Positions 51,357-64,000 of a stretch of DNA of 64,000 bases are shown piece by piece; positions within the stretch are counted from its first letter, which is position 1, and each line of letters opens with the position of its first letter. The stretch is from Balanoglossus misakiensis. Its lineage: Eukaryota > Animalia > Hemichordata. The DNA lies in assembly GCA_040954595.2 (NCBI GenBank), contig CM082582.2, positions 2,154,303 to 2,218,302 of the forward strand, read 5' to 3'. Position numbers and translations under genes: made by a program. The notes under the pieces are model-generated. The model searched no databases and had not been told where the DNA came from. It saw only the letters and a program-made list of their open reading frames with translations.

Positions 51357-53182
51357 ATTTCATGTTGACCTTGTGGAACCCCAGGTCAGTTTAAGTGGCC
51401 CAAAAGGAAATCACTTTAAGAAAAACTCATTATTATTGCTGTTAAACCTTAATGTTGTTTTCTTGTTTGCATTCAGGCAAGTCAAGTATCAAAGAAGTTG
51501 CCAAATCAACAGCAAAGATAACAGCCACACATGAAGAGTCATCAATCTCAGAGTAAAGTTAGTGATACTTCTTCAACCACGATGGACAGTCTGATATTTG
51601 TCCTTGGAGAGACAAAAGAAGTCGAATAATTTGATAAATCACGAAATTCTTTGAAGGCCCTTCCCAATGATAAGAAGTTAATAAATGAATATATAGAAGC
51701 TAAGGTGAAAGTAGGAACAAAGCTGATGAAATCATACAGCATAGCCAAGCTGTCAATCAAAGAGTGGGAACAAGAATATTGCATAAATCATTGGGGTTGT
51801 GCACCAAATTTGGAAGATTACAAGAGAAATAAACGTATATTGAAATTGTACAAACAAACAAAAATGGCGACACATTTTTTGAAACGCTGGAATATTGATT
51901 ATAACTGAGAGGTGAAGTATTTCCAGCTGTATGTGCATGCAATTTGATTACTCAGTGAGGACATATTTTGTACACTACACGTACATTCAGAAATATGGCA
52001 TATTTTTCTAATGACATGGAGATTTTTGTGACTTCTGATGCAGAGTAAATATACAAGATATTGTTAACTTTGGTGAATTTAAGTTCATTTTGTTGTGGTT
52101 TAATTTACTGTAAATAATTTTTCCAAATGTTTGCATTGTATAATTTACTTCCAAATCAGATGTTCTTTCCTTGTCATTTGCTACCAAAATTTAGTACCAA
52201 ATGCATGGCATTTGTATGTCTGTGTTCAGGCTGTGGCCACAACCAATCTTGTAGCTGTGGCTGAGACTTTCAATTTTCTGCTTGATGTTAATAAACAAAA
52301 ACTTTGTAGTTTTGAATTTTGATGGAAAGGCAATCATCTATATTTGTCACTCATAAAAATGCACATTTCTTGACAATGTTGTTGAACCACTTCTCCCAAA
52401 ATAATGGGACCCTTTGGTTTCAACCCCCAACCTGGCAGTGTTCAAATCTCACATTGTAAACACCACCTGCACCTGCACTTTGTTAATACAAGGAGACTGG
52501 AAACAGTGTGCTACACAATAAATTGAGACAAAGGAGTGTTACAAGACTTAACAAACAAGTAATTAACATATAGCCTAGTTGCACAGGAAAATGCTACAAA
52601 CAAGTTTTTCCCGCCCAAGTCAGACTGTGCGTGGCGTGGGTCCATAGCTGCAGCTGTGGTGTTTTCTGGCTAATTGTACTTTTCCTTTTTACGGGCTCTT
52701 TTTCCGTGTCGATCAGAAAATTGCCCGCAAAATGTCAGACAAAAATTGCCAGAAAACACCACTGCTATGACCCAGAATGAGATTATACTTAGGCCGTCCT
52801 CTGCATGCCATACTATCGATCGCACGTACCGAACGAAACTCGCATCACATGCAATCCGAAAATAGCTGATAAGAACTTACCTTCATTGTACAGTTTACCG
52901 TAAAAAGCAGTCTTACACCGACGATTACGTTGGCAGGAAATGAAGGCATTGACTAAAACAACATGAATCGGATGTACCGCGTACCGCCCACATGATGCAC
53001 ATGTCTGTCGCGATACAATACCATAGACTATTTTACTTCTGTCCATTCGCTCGCAAACGTCGTTTTCTGAATGTGTTATGAGCTTTGGGCACATTTAAGG
53101 ACCGAAACGGGGAGATTTTTGACATTTTTTTGCCGAATTTTCGTCAAAACCTCGCCATTTCGGTCCACGCCCGCCCACACAT

Positions 53183-54619
53183 CATATAGGGCGTTCTCAC
53201 TGGCACGTTTACACCGGTGCTACAGCGGTGTAGATTTGACACCGACGGAAAAAAACAAGTGAGAACGCTTTACACCGGTGTTGGGCCGGTGTTGATTTGC
53301 GACGGCGATGGGTGGCGGGTCAGGGCCAGTGCTGGGCCAGCGCTCCGACGCAAATAGTCAGTGAGAACGCAAAGATAAACAAACACCGTTCAAAAGCGCC
53401 ACCCTGCAGTGACTTTTGGGTATGTTTATTAGGTATAGCCCATTGTCTTTGGTCAGTTTCCATTGTTAAGTCAATCACACTGGACGTGAGTGGTTTTCAA
53501 ACCATTCGCAGTTTGCATGGTCTGCAACACTTCTGTCTGCTACCAACTTTCGGAAGGTTCTCTCGATCACCGAAAAGCTGAGGCATTTTCCATTTATGGA
53601 TTAACATTCATTTACTTCTAAACATTATCAAAACTGTCACAAAGTCGTCTAGAACGCATATGCAGGTATAGAAACTGCAACATGTTGCTGTAATGTCCTC
53701 GACGTCCTCAATTTTGTTAGTTGCCGTGTTGCTAAACATGGCCATTTAGACGATGTTTATTTCAAAACAGTGGCCAAAAGTTTAGTGTGTGGACGCACGG
53801 AGATTCTGTGGACTAATCCCCTGTGTTTGCAGAGAGTAAACACTGGCATTACACCGGTGTCAAAACTTTTAGTGAGAACAAGACTATGGAGGTACTAGAT
53901 AGAAGGAGCGAGGACGCTATTGTTTCCTATAAACCCCATGTGCGTCTTAATCTGTTTGCAGATATCATTAGGATCTCATCCTTTTATCACCTGATAGGCC
54001 TTCATAAAAGCTGTGCGCTTGCGTAGATAAACAAATTATAGCTGGCGGCGTGTCTCCATGATTTACATTTAGCATATTCAACCAGACCAAACTGCTGTGC
54101 CGAAAGTCTCTGCACTAGCAATTACAATGGTGACTGTCGGGCATCCCACACCATCCAACGCGAACAAAAATACTTGCATCGGGAAGATTGGTTTTCAAAG
54201 AAAACCTAAGAACTTATTTTTTTTTGCGGAAGTTTGCGAAAAACTCAAAATATACATTTCAAAATCATGCTTTTTGGTTGTACAAAGAAGAAAAATAACG
54301 CCACAAGTCTTCCAAGACGTCCGCCTGACACGTTTCCGGTAGTGGTGATGCGTAAACTTCACCCCTAGATGTAAATAAAAGTCACCACGCATATGTAGTA
54401 CGCTCGTCCGCGATGTGCGCATTGTGTTTTTAATATCATAGAAATATTACCCCGTAGATCTTGCAAACCTAACTGTAAAATCGGCGGTAACGCACAGTGG
54501 GTTCAAAGGACGCTTTCAACACAGAAACACAAAGACTTAAGAAGCTTATCACACTTCAGAAGAAAGGGAGTTAATCCGCTTAAAATCCGTCCTCGCTCCT
54601 TCTCTCTAGTACCTCCATG
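53183..54619. mobile_element. P-superfamily-like MITE (CATGG termini, 7-bp TSD cacacat) with its left TIR split by a second insert
   Basis: Removing 53186-53887 restores catggaggtactagatagaaggagcgaggacg, matching cgtcctcgctccttctctctagtacctccatg; cacacat at 53176-53182 and 54620-54626. Confidence 0.75.
53186..53887. mobile_element. ~700-bp MITE with gttctcact/agtgagaac inverted termini and acaccggtg repeats
   Basis: Precisely interrupts the TIR of the previous element. Confidence 0.65.
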
Positions 54620-56236
54620 CACACATGAAACCACGCAACCACGAGGCTGAAGCCTTGGAAACCACCTAAGCTCGGCAATGCGTGTGTGCTCATGAATATG
54701 TAATATCTAATTCGCATATTCATGAAAATAACCAAAAAAACAGGAAAACATTTTTAAAATACCAATAAAAAATTAAAAAAACTAAACATTTGCAGTTTTT
54801 CTTTATTTACAATTTGATATATTTTTAGATTTTCAGTCAACATTTTTTTTAATTTTTCGAGTTTTTTTTAAACATGCCGGGTTCAGAGATTTGTCCTTCC
54901 ATGACTAGGGAAGCAATCAGGGATCGTCACATACGTCGGGTGCGGGATAACACTGTCCGCGGAAATGTTGATTTTGTTGCCCCAACTACTGAAGATAAGA
55001 CAGCAATTCAACGTAAAATTTCAAAGCTTCGAACTCTGATGAAGGAGGGTAGGGCAACAAATTTTGACGTGTTATCAACGGTACTTGATTTCTTCCTGAC
55101 GAGTCACGAAACGAACGGCAATGGTGGTATGCGTGACGAACCAGAAGAAGGTGCTTTCCACGAACCAGTGTACCAGAGGTGTCCAATAGAACGGACCAGA
55201 TGTATTTGACAACGACCCTCTCTGTCCAGAACCTCGTAAAAACTGTCGAATCACACTCCGGAGCATGTCGAGGAACTCTTGCCTCAAAGCGCACGACTAT
55301 GATGGGCCACGCGGGGAGGGTCAGTTTCAAGTGCGAGGAAGATCACGGATTCAATTGGAATTCTTCGCCGTATTTACCGAACGGGAGACTACTCGTCAAC
55401 TACAGGTAAGTGTAAATACAGTGACATTGTATGATACGGACTTATATTGTTTTGTCATCTTTTATTTACCAAGAATACGTCAATGTATTATGCTCTCGCG
55501 TCGTAACTTTGAAATGCTATGAACATTATCCAACAGATTGTTACACGGGTTGTTGTCAGCTGGCGTACGGACGCGGACTTATGACACTGTAACCAGCAGT
55601 GCAAATATGGGGTCGTTGAAGGACAAGTATAGAACGAAATGTAAGCTTACACTTTCTTATAGCTGAAACTATCTAGTTTTATATTTATTTGTGATCAGTC
55701 CTACTTTTAGTGTGGTCAACTTACATTGATTCTCAGACTGTTTCAATATATTGTATGACCATGGAGTTACAGACATGACTGCAGCATATAAAGACATGTC
55801 AAGACAATTTTTTTTCCAAATGTATTAACTGTCGACCATCATCACAGTCACCCCATGACTGTGCTGGCATATAAAGTAGGCAAATCATCACTAATATTTG
55901 GGTCGCCGCAAGGGAAAAGGGCCCTTATGCAAGTGTACGTCATTTTTAGTAATTTGCATTTGAATAGGTGACGTTCTATGTGTGCTTTTCACATGCAAAT
56001 ATTCGCCTGCACGCTGGAGGAAAATGGATTTGTTCAGTATATTGCCCAACTTTTTCGAGAAAATGACAAAAGATATTCAAAGTATATCACGAAACACAGA
56101 ACATTTATGTCATTTCTTCACTGAATTCGATTTCTATAGCTCAAAAAACACTTCTCACGTAGAGCGTTTACATTGTATCTAATTTTATTCCCGCCATTTT
56201 GCTCTCGACCCGCAATTAAATGCCGAGCTGCGGACT

Positions 56237-59200
56237 TTGCTCGAAGAACGCCACGACGAGTTGGTCGAAACATTTAGTCCGCCGCAATCTAGGGAGAATT
56301 CCCAGTGTTCTGTTTCAGCCGATAGTGTACGCGATCACTGCCACCAGGGAGACGACGACGATAGCGATGAAGACGAGCCAGTACCTGAAGCAGAGCCAGT
56401 CGAATTGGCGAGACTGTACTCTCAGTTACACCCAGAGATGGGTCAAGAAGATCGCGAAGAAGGAAATGACTGTGACGCCTTGGATAAGCCATCGGTGGAG
56501 GCCGTAATGCGGACTGGGTGTGTTTGTAAACACCAGTGCTACTCGAACTTTGCTGTGGACAGGGTGTGGGAATACCGTTTGAACATGTCAGAATTCCAGA
56601 AAGACCATCTTGATGTTCTCATCCTTGCAAAGTTAGAACAGTGTGAGGTTCATGGAGAACCTGTCCGTGGTGGTAAACGTGCGCGACAGTCCTTTGATTT
56701 ACGTCTTTGATGGTCAACGCGTGTGTGAAAAAGTTTGGCGTTACATTCACAACTTGGGTGAGTGGCAGGGTATTTTTACGTTGGCACCAATGATTTATTT
56801 ACACGTCGTGATATCCTCATCACACCCTGTGCGAGCATGAGTACTCGAAATGTGGATTGTTAGGTGAATTATTGCATCCGATTGTTGATTTTTAATAGAT
56901 TCCCCACATCACGTAGTTTACCGTAGTGCAGCAGTGACAGTCAATAAAGGATGATGATGTCATCTTTTTCCTCCCTCACATGACCTTTGTTTACTTGGGG
57001 ATTTTTCTCAAAGAGTTTTCTAAGTGTCCTGGCCCCCACAATCTTGATGTTGATTTTTTAAGAGAAGACACAACTTTACAGTAATTTCTTTTTAAATGTG
57101 TATCAAACGATTTTGAGAAGATTTAAACTACAGAGAAGTCATTGTTTTGACATAATCTTGGGATAGTATTAGTTAGTATTATCATCCTATAACTCTAATT
57201 ATAGGGGAGAAAAGGTTCAAGAATTTAAAGGCCCACTACAAAATCCATGGTGTGGTACCCAGATCTCATGGTCGTCGAGGAAAACGACCAGCCAATGCCT
57301 ATTCATTTGAAGTAAGTATTACATTTCTGCATGCCATAACAAATATCTTTAAGAAGTATATTCTTATACCATGTAAATGTGTATAAGAGTGTACTTATAC
57401 TTGGTAATAAATTTCATATTTATGGTTTATTATTATCACGCAAACATGTGCTTTTATGTCAAAGGGACAGGAATAGGTGCTCAGTACAGACAGGTTTCCA
57501 GATTAGACAGGGTTCGGTTTATTGTTGCCTTGAGTCGTAACAAAGGCGTCAGGATTTATTATAACACACCATGCAGCGAACACTCGATCGTGATTCGTCA
57601 ATACGCCGTCACGTGACCTTAGTCATTTCGAACTGTTCCCTAGGGCATGATTTCGATCGGTTTCTGCCTGGTACTGTTGCCTGGATGTTGTGTGTGTCAT
57701 GTTTGGTGTGTTATAAAACACATGATGACTGACATATTCGGGCAACGGTGTATTTTTGATGACCTCGGGACTGCTAGTCACAACTAAAACAGTCTTGTTT
57801 TCCCTATGCCCTCAGTCCCAAGGTCATCAAAAATACACTGTTGCCCTCATTGTCACAGTCAGTCATCATGTGTATACAGTAATACTGTATCTGGGCCCCT
57901 CAATATCTTGTCTCCTCCTCCTGACAGCTGCTTCATATGCTGGCCATCTTGAAGTAGTATTTTTCACCCACAGTTTGGAGCATGCCCAATTGACACTGAG
58001 ACTTTCACATGGACCCTCCGACATTGAATCAGTGCTCGACCACACACAACATCCACTTTGCAGGATGAGAATAAAAATCTTGTCAAAATGAATAAATGGT
58101 AGAGACCGATTATTCATTTCGGCCAGTTTTTCACTCTCGCATCTTCAAGTGGGATGGAAGTTGTGTTTGGTCAACAATGATTCCCTATATCCACACGTAG
58201 AATAACAAATGGTGTCTTGTATCAAACATAATTAATGGAAAAAAGGGCAGTGAGAGAGAGACTTTGTCCCTTTAGGTGGTTTGCTATCTAACCTGTATAT
58301 GTGTTCTCAGTGTTCACTAATTTATTTTGAGTGACTTAACTATTCTTTTTTCCAAACAGACAGTGCAAGATGCTGTTCAGTTCCTGGTCAGATATGCAGA
58401 TGACAATGGTCTGCCTATGCCAGCTGCTCCTTGTGGTAGAGATGGAAGGCCTCCGATTTATCTTCCATCCTGTGACACCAAGGCTGATATGTATAAGAAG
58501 TATATGGAGGCCTGTAATGTTTGTCAGCCAACCAAGCAGCCTGTGGGGGAGACAACTTTCCGAAATATCTGGAAATTGTGTGTACCACACATTCAGCGAA
58601 TGGAACCTCGTACAGATGTGTGTGCCAAATGTGAACACTTCCGGAATGAAATTCAGTTTGCCTCAACAGAAGAAGACAAACTGAACTCTAGTATTGCATT
58701 CTCAGGACACATTTTGAAATCACAAAATGAAAGAGAATTTCTGAACTTGTGCATTAGAAAGGCACAGGATGAACTCAGAGACATTGAAGTTCAGCCCCCA
58801 TGTAGTCCTTGCTCTTATGATTTACATAATGTTCATTATACACTTGATTTTGAGTTTTCTGCTGCCCCATCAGTCTCGTCAAGTTAGTCCACTGTATTTT
58901 CTGAATCCACTACGTGTAAATTGCTTTGGTATATGTAATGATAGTCAACAATCTCAAATGAATTATCTGTTTGATGAGTCTGAGACCATTGGCATTGATA
59001 ACAGAAAGTGCCATGGTGCCAATAATGTAGTTAGCATGCTTCACAATTATTTTGAGGAGCATGGATTGGGTGAAAAGAGTTGTCATTGCCATGCTGACAA
59101 CTGTGGAGGTCAGAATAAAAACAAAACTGTCATTCATTATTTTTGTTACCGTACCAGTACTGGTTAACATGACGAAATTAATTATCATTTCTTGGAACCA

Positions 59201-59668
59201 GGTCATACAAAGTGCATTTGTGATGCTTGTTTCGGTAAGATTCGGCAAGTGTATCGTAGAAGTGATGTTGACACAGTTCAGCAGCTGGCAGACATTGTGT
59301 CAAAAAGTTCACGAATAAACAATTTGAAATGTTATGGCAGTCGGAATTCTGATCCCAACTTTCAATGGTTTGAGTGGGATTCATTTTTTTCTTCATTTCT
59401 CAAACCATTGAAGGGAATTCGTGTTTATCATCATTTTAGATTCACCAAGAATGATCCTGGTGCTGTATATGTTAGAAAATTAGTCACAGATGATGAAATC
59501 CGTATAGATCTGCTCAAAAGAAATGCTACTTGGCCTCCATCACCACATATAAAACCCTCTGTATTGCCTGCTGGAGGAATGAGTTTAGCCAGATGGAGAG
59601 AGTTACAGAAGGAAATTGTTCCATTTGTCAGACAGCCATTTAGACATGCATTTTGCCCTGAAGAGTAA
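56237..59668 (+). pseudogene. Sola1 DDD transposase, 3 exons (~56190-56757, ~57204-57311, 58360-59668), degenerate
   Basis: GCVCKHQC, TDVCAKCE, HYTLDF..LLPHQSRQVSPLYF, HADNCGGQNKN, GHTKCICDACFG, YHHFRF; frameshifts ~56700 and ~58850, stop at 59165. Confidence 0.85.
57461..58274. repeat. Intronic MITE cluster in Sola1: TTAA-type MITE copy 3 plus a palindromic Crypton-like repeat
   Basis: 58080-58274 matches 14600-14795 and 49380-49584; ttataacacacc/ggtgtgttataa inverted pair at 57559/57704. Confidence 0.55.
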
Positions 59669-62600
59669 ATCCAAAAACCCACTGAATACTCTTGCATGTA
59701 TGTAGTACTGAAAATAAATGCAAACTTGTAAATATTTAAATGTTATCTGAAAAAAATGATAGTTAGAATTGTATGTAGCAATATCAGTGATGTAATGGTT
59801 GGAGTTCTGACACTACAGGTAGCCATGGCAACAGTTTAGATGGAGACTGCTGGTAGCCATGGCAACAGTTATGTCAATAATGTCATGTAAATATTCATAT
59901 TTTCGGAGGATGTGATGTGTAGAGTTTTGGCACTTGTGGTGTCTAATAAAATGTATTTTTAAATAGAACTAGCATCATCTTGTGCGCTTTCAACCCCTAT
60001 GATATAATGGAATGACAGACACCCCCTCTCCCCCTAAAAAGTTGATTTAGTCAGTACCTACGGTATAAATGGATACAGATCTTCCATGTAGTTGGGAAAA
60101 GATGTTTGGTTTTTAAACCTCTTTATTGTGAAACAAAAACAGTGAATTTTATTTGTGGGCTGAGGTCAAAGGTCATATGTCACATTCAATGGGCCACAAA
60201 TGCCATTTCCAGGTGTAAGTTCATAGTGAGCGGCACACATATGAAAAGAGGAGCACAGGTACTATCAAAAAACGACAAAAAATAAAAATCGAAAAATCCA
60301 TGCATAAGGGCCCTTTTCCCTTGCGGCGGCCCATTTCTCGTCTGTCTTTTTTTTATTCAGTTTTTGAGAAGTACCGACAAACTGTCCACAATGAAGCGGT
60401 CAAATCCATGGATGATGCATTAAACGAGGTATGACATTTCACCACCCAAAAACAACTAAATAAATGTTATTTGATATTTTTATCATGCCACATTTTATCC
60501 GTGTGTTCATATAGGCCTAATACATTTTGTTTTTGAATCCAATTTCAGGAAATCGCATCGGAAGACCGCACCATTAAGCTGGGGATTGAAAATATGAGCG
60601 ATGCATGACACGGTACATGAAAGAATGCACAAAACTCTGACATAGTTGTACTTGGTGACATGTATGTAACAACTTTTCGTTAGAAATAACATTTTTCATC
60701 TCTATGGCAATGATGGTTATATGTATGGTAATGTGTTACCCTTACACGCACTCAATCGCATCGCTATTTCTGTCGACAGTGAGTATTGTATTTGGCATCA
60801 ACACACTTCTCCGAACTGACATGCCACATGCTTTGACGTATACTGTTATTGTAATATATGGCAATTTTGGATTAAATTCGAATAACTTTATTTGTAACTA
60901 TTTTTCTTTGTTTTAGAACCCATAAGTGCATCCATAAGAAGTTGGTCAGGAAGCACGATGACCCGTGTTCCCAAAGACACGAGATGGTTGGGATCAGGCG
61001 ATTTTATAACTGGGCTGATGAAAAAGGTAAAACATAGTATTAACACGGTGCTTTCCCATCAGTATCAGTAAAATCCTTGCTAAATGTTTTTACAAAACTT
61101 GAGGCATGTACATGGACCACATATAAAACGATAATTATAATTCTATGCAAGAAAATATGTCACACTGACAACCGGCTATTGCAAATGATTACATTTACAG
61201 GGGTTCCAATTTTAGTTCATGGCCACGACAACAACGCGTCTGTAAACAAATTCCTGCGAGAGGAAAGGCCAGATACCATCAGCAGCAACGACACATGGCA
61301 TGGTAAGGCTTCATTCTTACTTGACAGGGGAAGGTGTAGCAGCAAAAACACTTTTGATCATCTGTAAACTTATAATTTGAAAGTGAATATGTGTATTCAG
61401 GTTTGTTTTCAAGGCAGAGTTGCACCAATCCAGGCACCATTAATTGATTCTGTTTCATCGTGTACACGTAGGCGAGGAGCTGTAACATCAATGCTTGTTT
61501 TTATTTTACAGTTACCAAGGCAATAGGCCGAGAGATGAAACGAGTAACCACGGGGACACAACGAAACATGAACGTAACCTGGCACCCTGAACTTGCAGAT
61601 AAAGGTAAAATCACACACATTTTATGTTTTCTCAATCGCAATGTTAAGTTTTCACTTTTGGTCAGGTATCTGTGGTTACGAGTTTCTGTTTCATGTTCAG
61701 TTTTATGCGTTGAATATTTTTTTTTCTCTTATGCAGCTTTGAAAATGGAGATATTAAACGTAAAGCCATTTCGTTTGTGATAACAATTATTACAAATTCA
61801 ACTATGTGTTCACCTCTCCACAGGGGCCAATGTAAAGACACATTGCTACTGGGCCATGACACGGGCAAAACAACACCTTCTGGACAATGGCAACACAACC
61901 CGGGCACGAACCGAAGCAGCGGCGCTAATCCGAAAAAAATTAGACAATATTGTCGCTCATTATCAGGTAATTACCTTTGAATGAAACAAAAATAACTTTT
62001 TTGATTAAATAAAATAGTTGAAAATGTAACCATCGCCATCACACATTCTTTTAAAGTTATCTGTGGATGCCAACATCAGGACAAAACCGTGACTGTGCTT
62101 CTTAAATTCCATCAAATAGACGGTACATGTTATCTTTTCGATCTGTAGGATAATCACGCTGGGTGTGACCCAAAATCGAGGTGTCGGAATAGCGCGAATT
62201 ACGAAGCATCGTTCCGCCCAATCAGGCAATCGAAAGCAGCTGACCTCCTGAGGCATGCAGTTAGAAAGACGCAGCTGTACAAGAAGCCAGAGAATTATGT
62301 TGATGTGAGTTTTTTTAAGTATTACATAGCATGAGGTAAATGTAGGTGTGCTTAGCTATGTGTATTGAATGACAATGTTTAGCTTGAAACACGATTTCAG
62401 AATACAGGTACATGTAGTTACAATGTGCAGTGTTTGAACACCACCATGCAGCAGATAGAGCATAGCAGTATTTCTCTCAGGCTTTCTTGTACCGAGATTA
62501 TGCTGTAGTTTTTGTCAGCTATATGCAGACACGATTATGGAAAACCAAAGTCTCTACTCTTTGTAAAGATTTTATTTTATTTTCCATTCTAGTGTAAAGA

Positions 62601-64000
62601 CACACACTATGTTGAGAGCTTCAACAATGTTGCGCATCCCATTAAAAAAAAACTCCTATAAATTCAGGAGTGATCTCACCTGTCTGGACTGGGTAAGTTT
62701 TATTTTATTTCCGAGTGTGTTCATGTTTTCCCCATGATAATTTACAATGTTTCTGTGCAAGCTTATCACTGACAAAACAATAAAATATGACGCAGAAGCG
62801 AAAGTGGTGTCAACCAATACCAGGAAGAGTCGGCGAGGAAGGCAGTACAGGAGGAGGTCTGAGCGCAGGGTATTGACGGAAAAAACAAGTCGTTGGAGGA
62901 CCAATGTGTGGAGGCGTTTTGTCGAAGAAGTTTTTAGTGCCTCTCTGTAGAAACCCAGAGACGTATGCTCTAGTGCATACACATACCAAACGGCCCTTAT
63001 CAGGGCCACCACATCCTTCAAAAAGAGAACTACCGTAATCACCAAAACACTTCGTAATAAAAAATTAAAAAGAAATGCACAAATCATTACACAGGCACAC
63101 ATACTCACATATAAAAGTGAATAAAGAAGTACACTACACACCCGAGGATATGACTTTGGTGTTATTTTAATGTACCATTCATTTTTGTCAAAAACAATCA
63201 CCACTCAAAGAAAACTGCCAAAAATAAAGATGTATCGCATTAAAATATGTACAATAATGTCGTCTCTTAAAAAACCTTAAACGGACTCTTGACTTCAGTG
63301 ATGCCCGGATTTGATGAAATATCGAAACGTACGGAAACGCAGAAAGTCAGTCAAAGAATTGTTTTGCTATCAATCACGTGATCTGGCGTTGTCATTTCCA
63401 AGTGACGGGCAAGCAATATTTCGCCATTCAGTAAAAGATTTTTCCAAGTATGTTTTTATTTTAAAAACCGCCAGACACGTACCATGTATCAGGTATAATG
63501 CCTCCACGCTATTGAAGTTGCCCGTCATCTGGATATTTGAATGCTAACGTAACTGTGCCTGAGCGTGCGTGCTGCTGTACACGGGCGCGACAGCTTCACG
63601 AGTGCATATAGCCGCGCCTATAGGCCCATGTCGCAATAGCAATAGATAGGACTTTCTACCTGCAAATCATGACGCACCAAGTATCAAGACATGCTGCCAA
63701 TCATTTATAGTTTTGGTAATTCGACTTGTATTCCTTTCATGTGGAATTTTCGACAAGCATCTGAGCTCCCTTCAAAAATTACCGACGCCACGATCGCGAT
63801 TGTCAGCAATTAAAACAATGCGGACATTTTCGCATCGTTCATTTCCGGGGATCAGTCTAGCTTGAACTGGGTTTGTATCGATGTCGATCTATAAACTTGA
63901 TGATCGCGAATTCAGACATTTCAACGCCTATTTTGAGTAGCGATCCGCTCTCAAGTTGATAGGAAAATTATAGACAGGCCTGTGCCGAGCCGCCCCAGCC

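Larger units (their letters stand above)
45914..51908 (+). pseudogene. RAG1/Transib/Chapaev-related DDE transposase with internal SAP domain; spliced 3' exons (~49730-49931, ~50313-50674, ~51477-51908)
   Basis: IWHDHS, FFHGDGPAQEFED*HQKGGHYQCIC, SAP LTVADLRRELDARG..LKKPDLQSKL, EPLHDL, YFHNITVHLP..NAENQERVFNRIRR; in-frame stops (46690, 47766, ~49762) and frameshifts. Confidence 0.72.
55900..60332. mobile_element. Sola1 DNA transposon, 4.43 kb
   Basis: 32-bp TIRs ggg(t/c)cgccgcaagggaaaagggcccttatgca with one mismatch; 4-bp TSD attt (AWWT) at 55896-55899 and 60333-60336. Confidence 0.88.
54874..62950 (+). pseudogene. Kolobok-like (Mutator-like RNase H fold) transposase, ~11 exons, degenerate
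   Basis: WNSSPYL..LVNYR, SDA*HGT*KNAQNSD, SQRHEMVG, HGHDNNASV..NDTWH, KTHCYWAM, THYVESFNN, LDW; exons 54874-55405, 55537-55640, 60361-60428, 60549-60661, ~60917-61026, ~61201-61302, ~61512-61603, ~61824-61966, ~62149-62304, ~62593-62692, last to 62950; frameshift ~55190 and stops. Confidence 0.75.
53099..63000 (+). mobile_element. Kolobok-like DNA transposon (right end not identified)
   Basis: Candidate left end TTAA|GG at 53095-53100; spliced Kolobok-type transposase follows. Confidence 0.5.

Noticed and set aside
45914-51908. Bona fide ProtoRAG (RAG1L-RAG2L) transposon
   Set aside because: No kelch/PHD RAG2-like gene tail-to-tail, no confirmed TIR or 5-bp TSD, and an atypical SAP insert
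63280-64000. Possible second (KolX-like) gene on the minus strand
   Set aside because: Coding-like composition but fragmented, truncated by the window edge and without a diagnostic motif

Overview
Eukaryotic (animal, probably marine invertebrate) AT-rich genomic DNA with GT-AG introns. It is made almost entirely of nested DNA transposons, and no bacterial features are present. Large elements: (1) a 10.8 kb CMC/EnSpm element (1842-12663) with a dead transposase, a divergently transcribed intact 7-exon BEN-domain gene and a mirror-symmetric promoter; (2) an apparently intact 8.3 kb IS3EU-type element (20964-29233, 6-bp TSD) with a DDE integrase-type transposase and a SAM-HECT E3 ubiquitin ligase, bounded by arrays of a 22-bp palindrome; (3) a non-coding 33-38 kb structure of 180-bp and 69-bp arrays (the latter rich in GGAAATTTCC) around a ~390-bp imperfect hairpin; (4) two head-to-head degenerate DDE genes, one Academ-like fused to RING, CCHC and a herpes-tegument-like cysteine protease, the other RAG1/Transib-like with an internal SAP domain; (5) a Kolobok-like pseudogene with a Sola1 element in one intron. 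MITEs, Helentron-type repeats, microsatellites and a Penelope-type minimal hammerhead motif fill the rest. Family assignments are by eye from motifs, TIRs and TSDs, with no database search.
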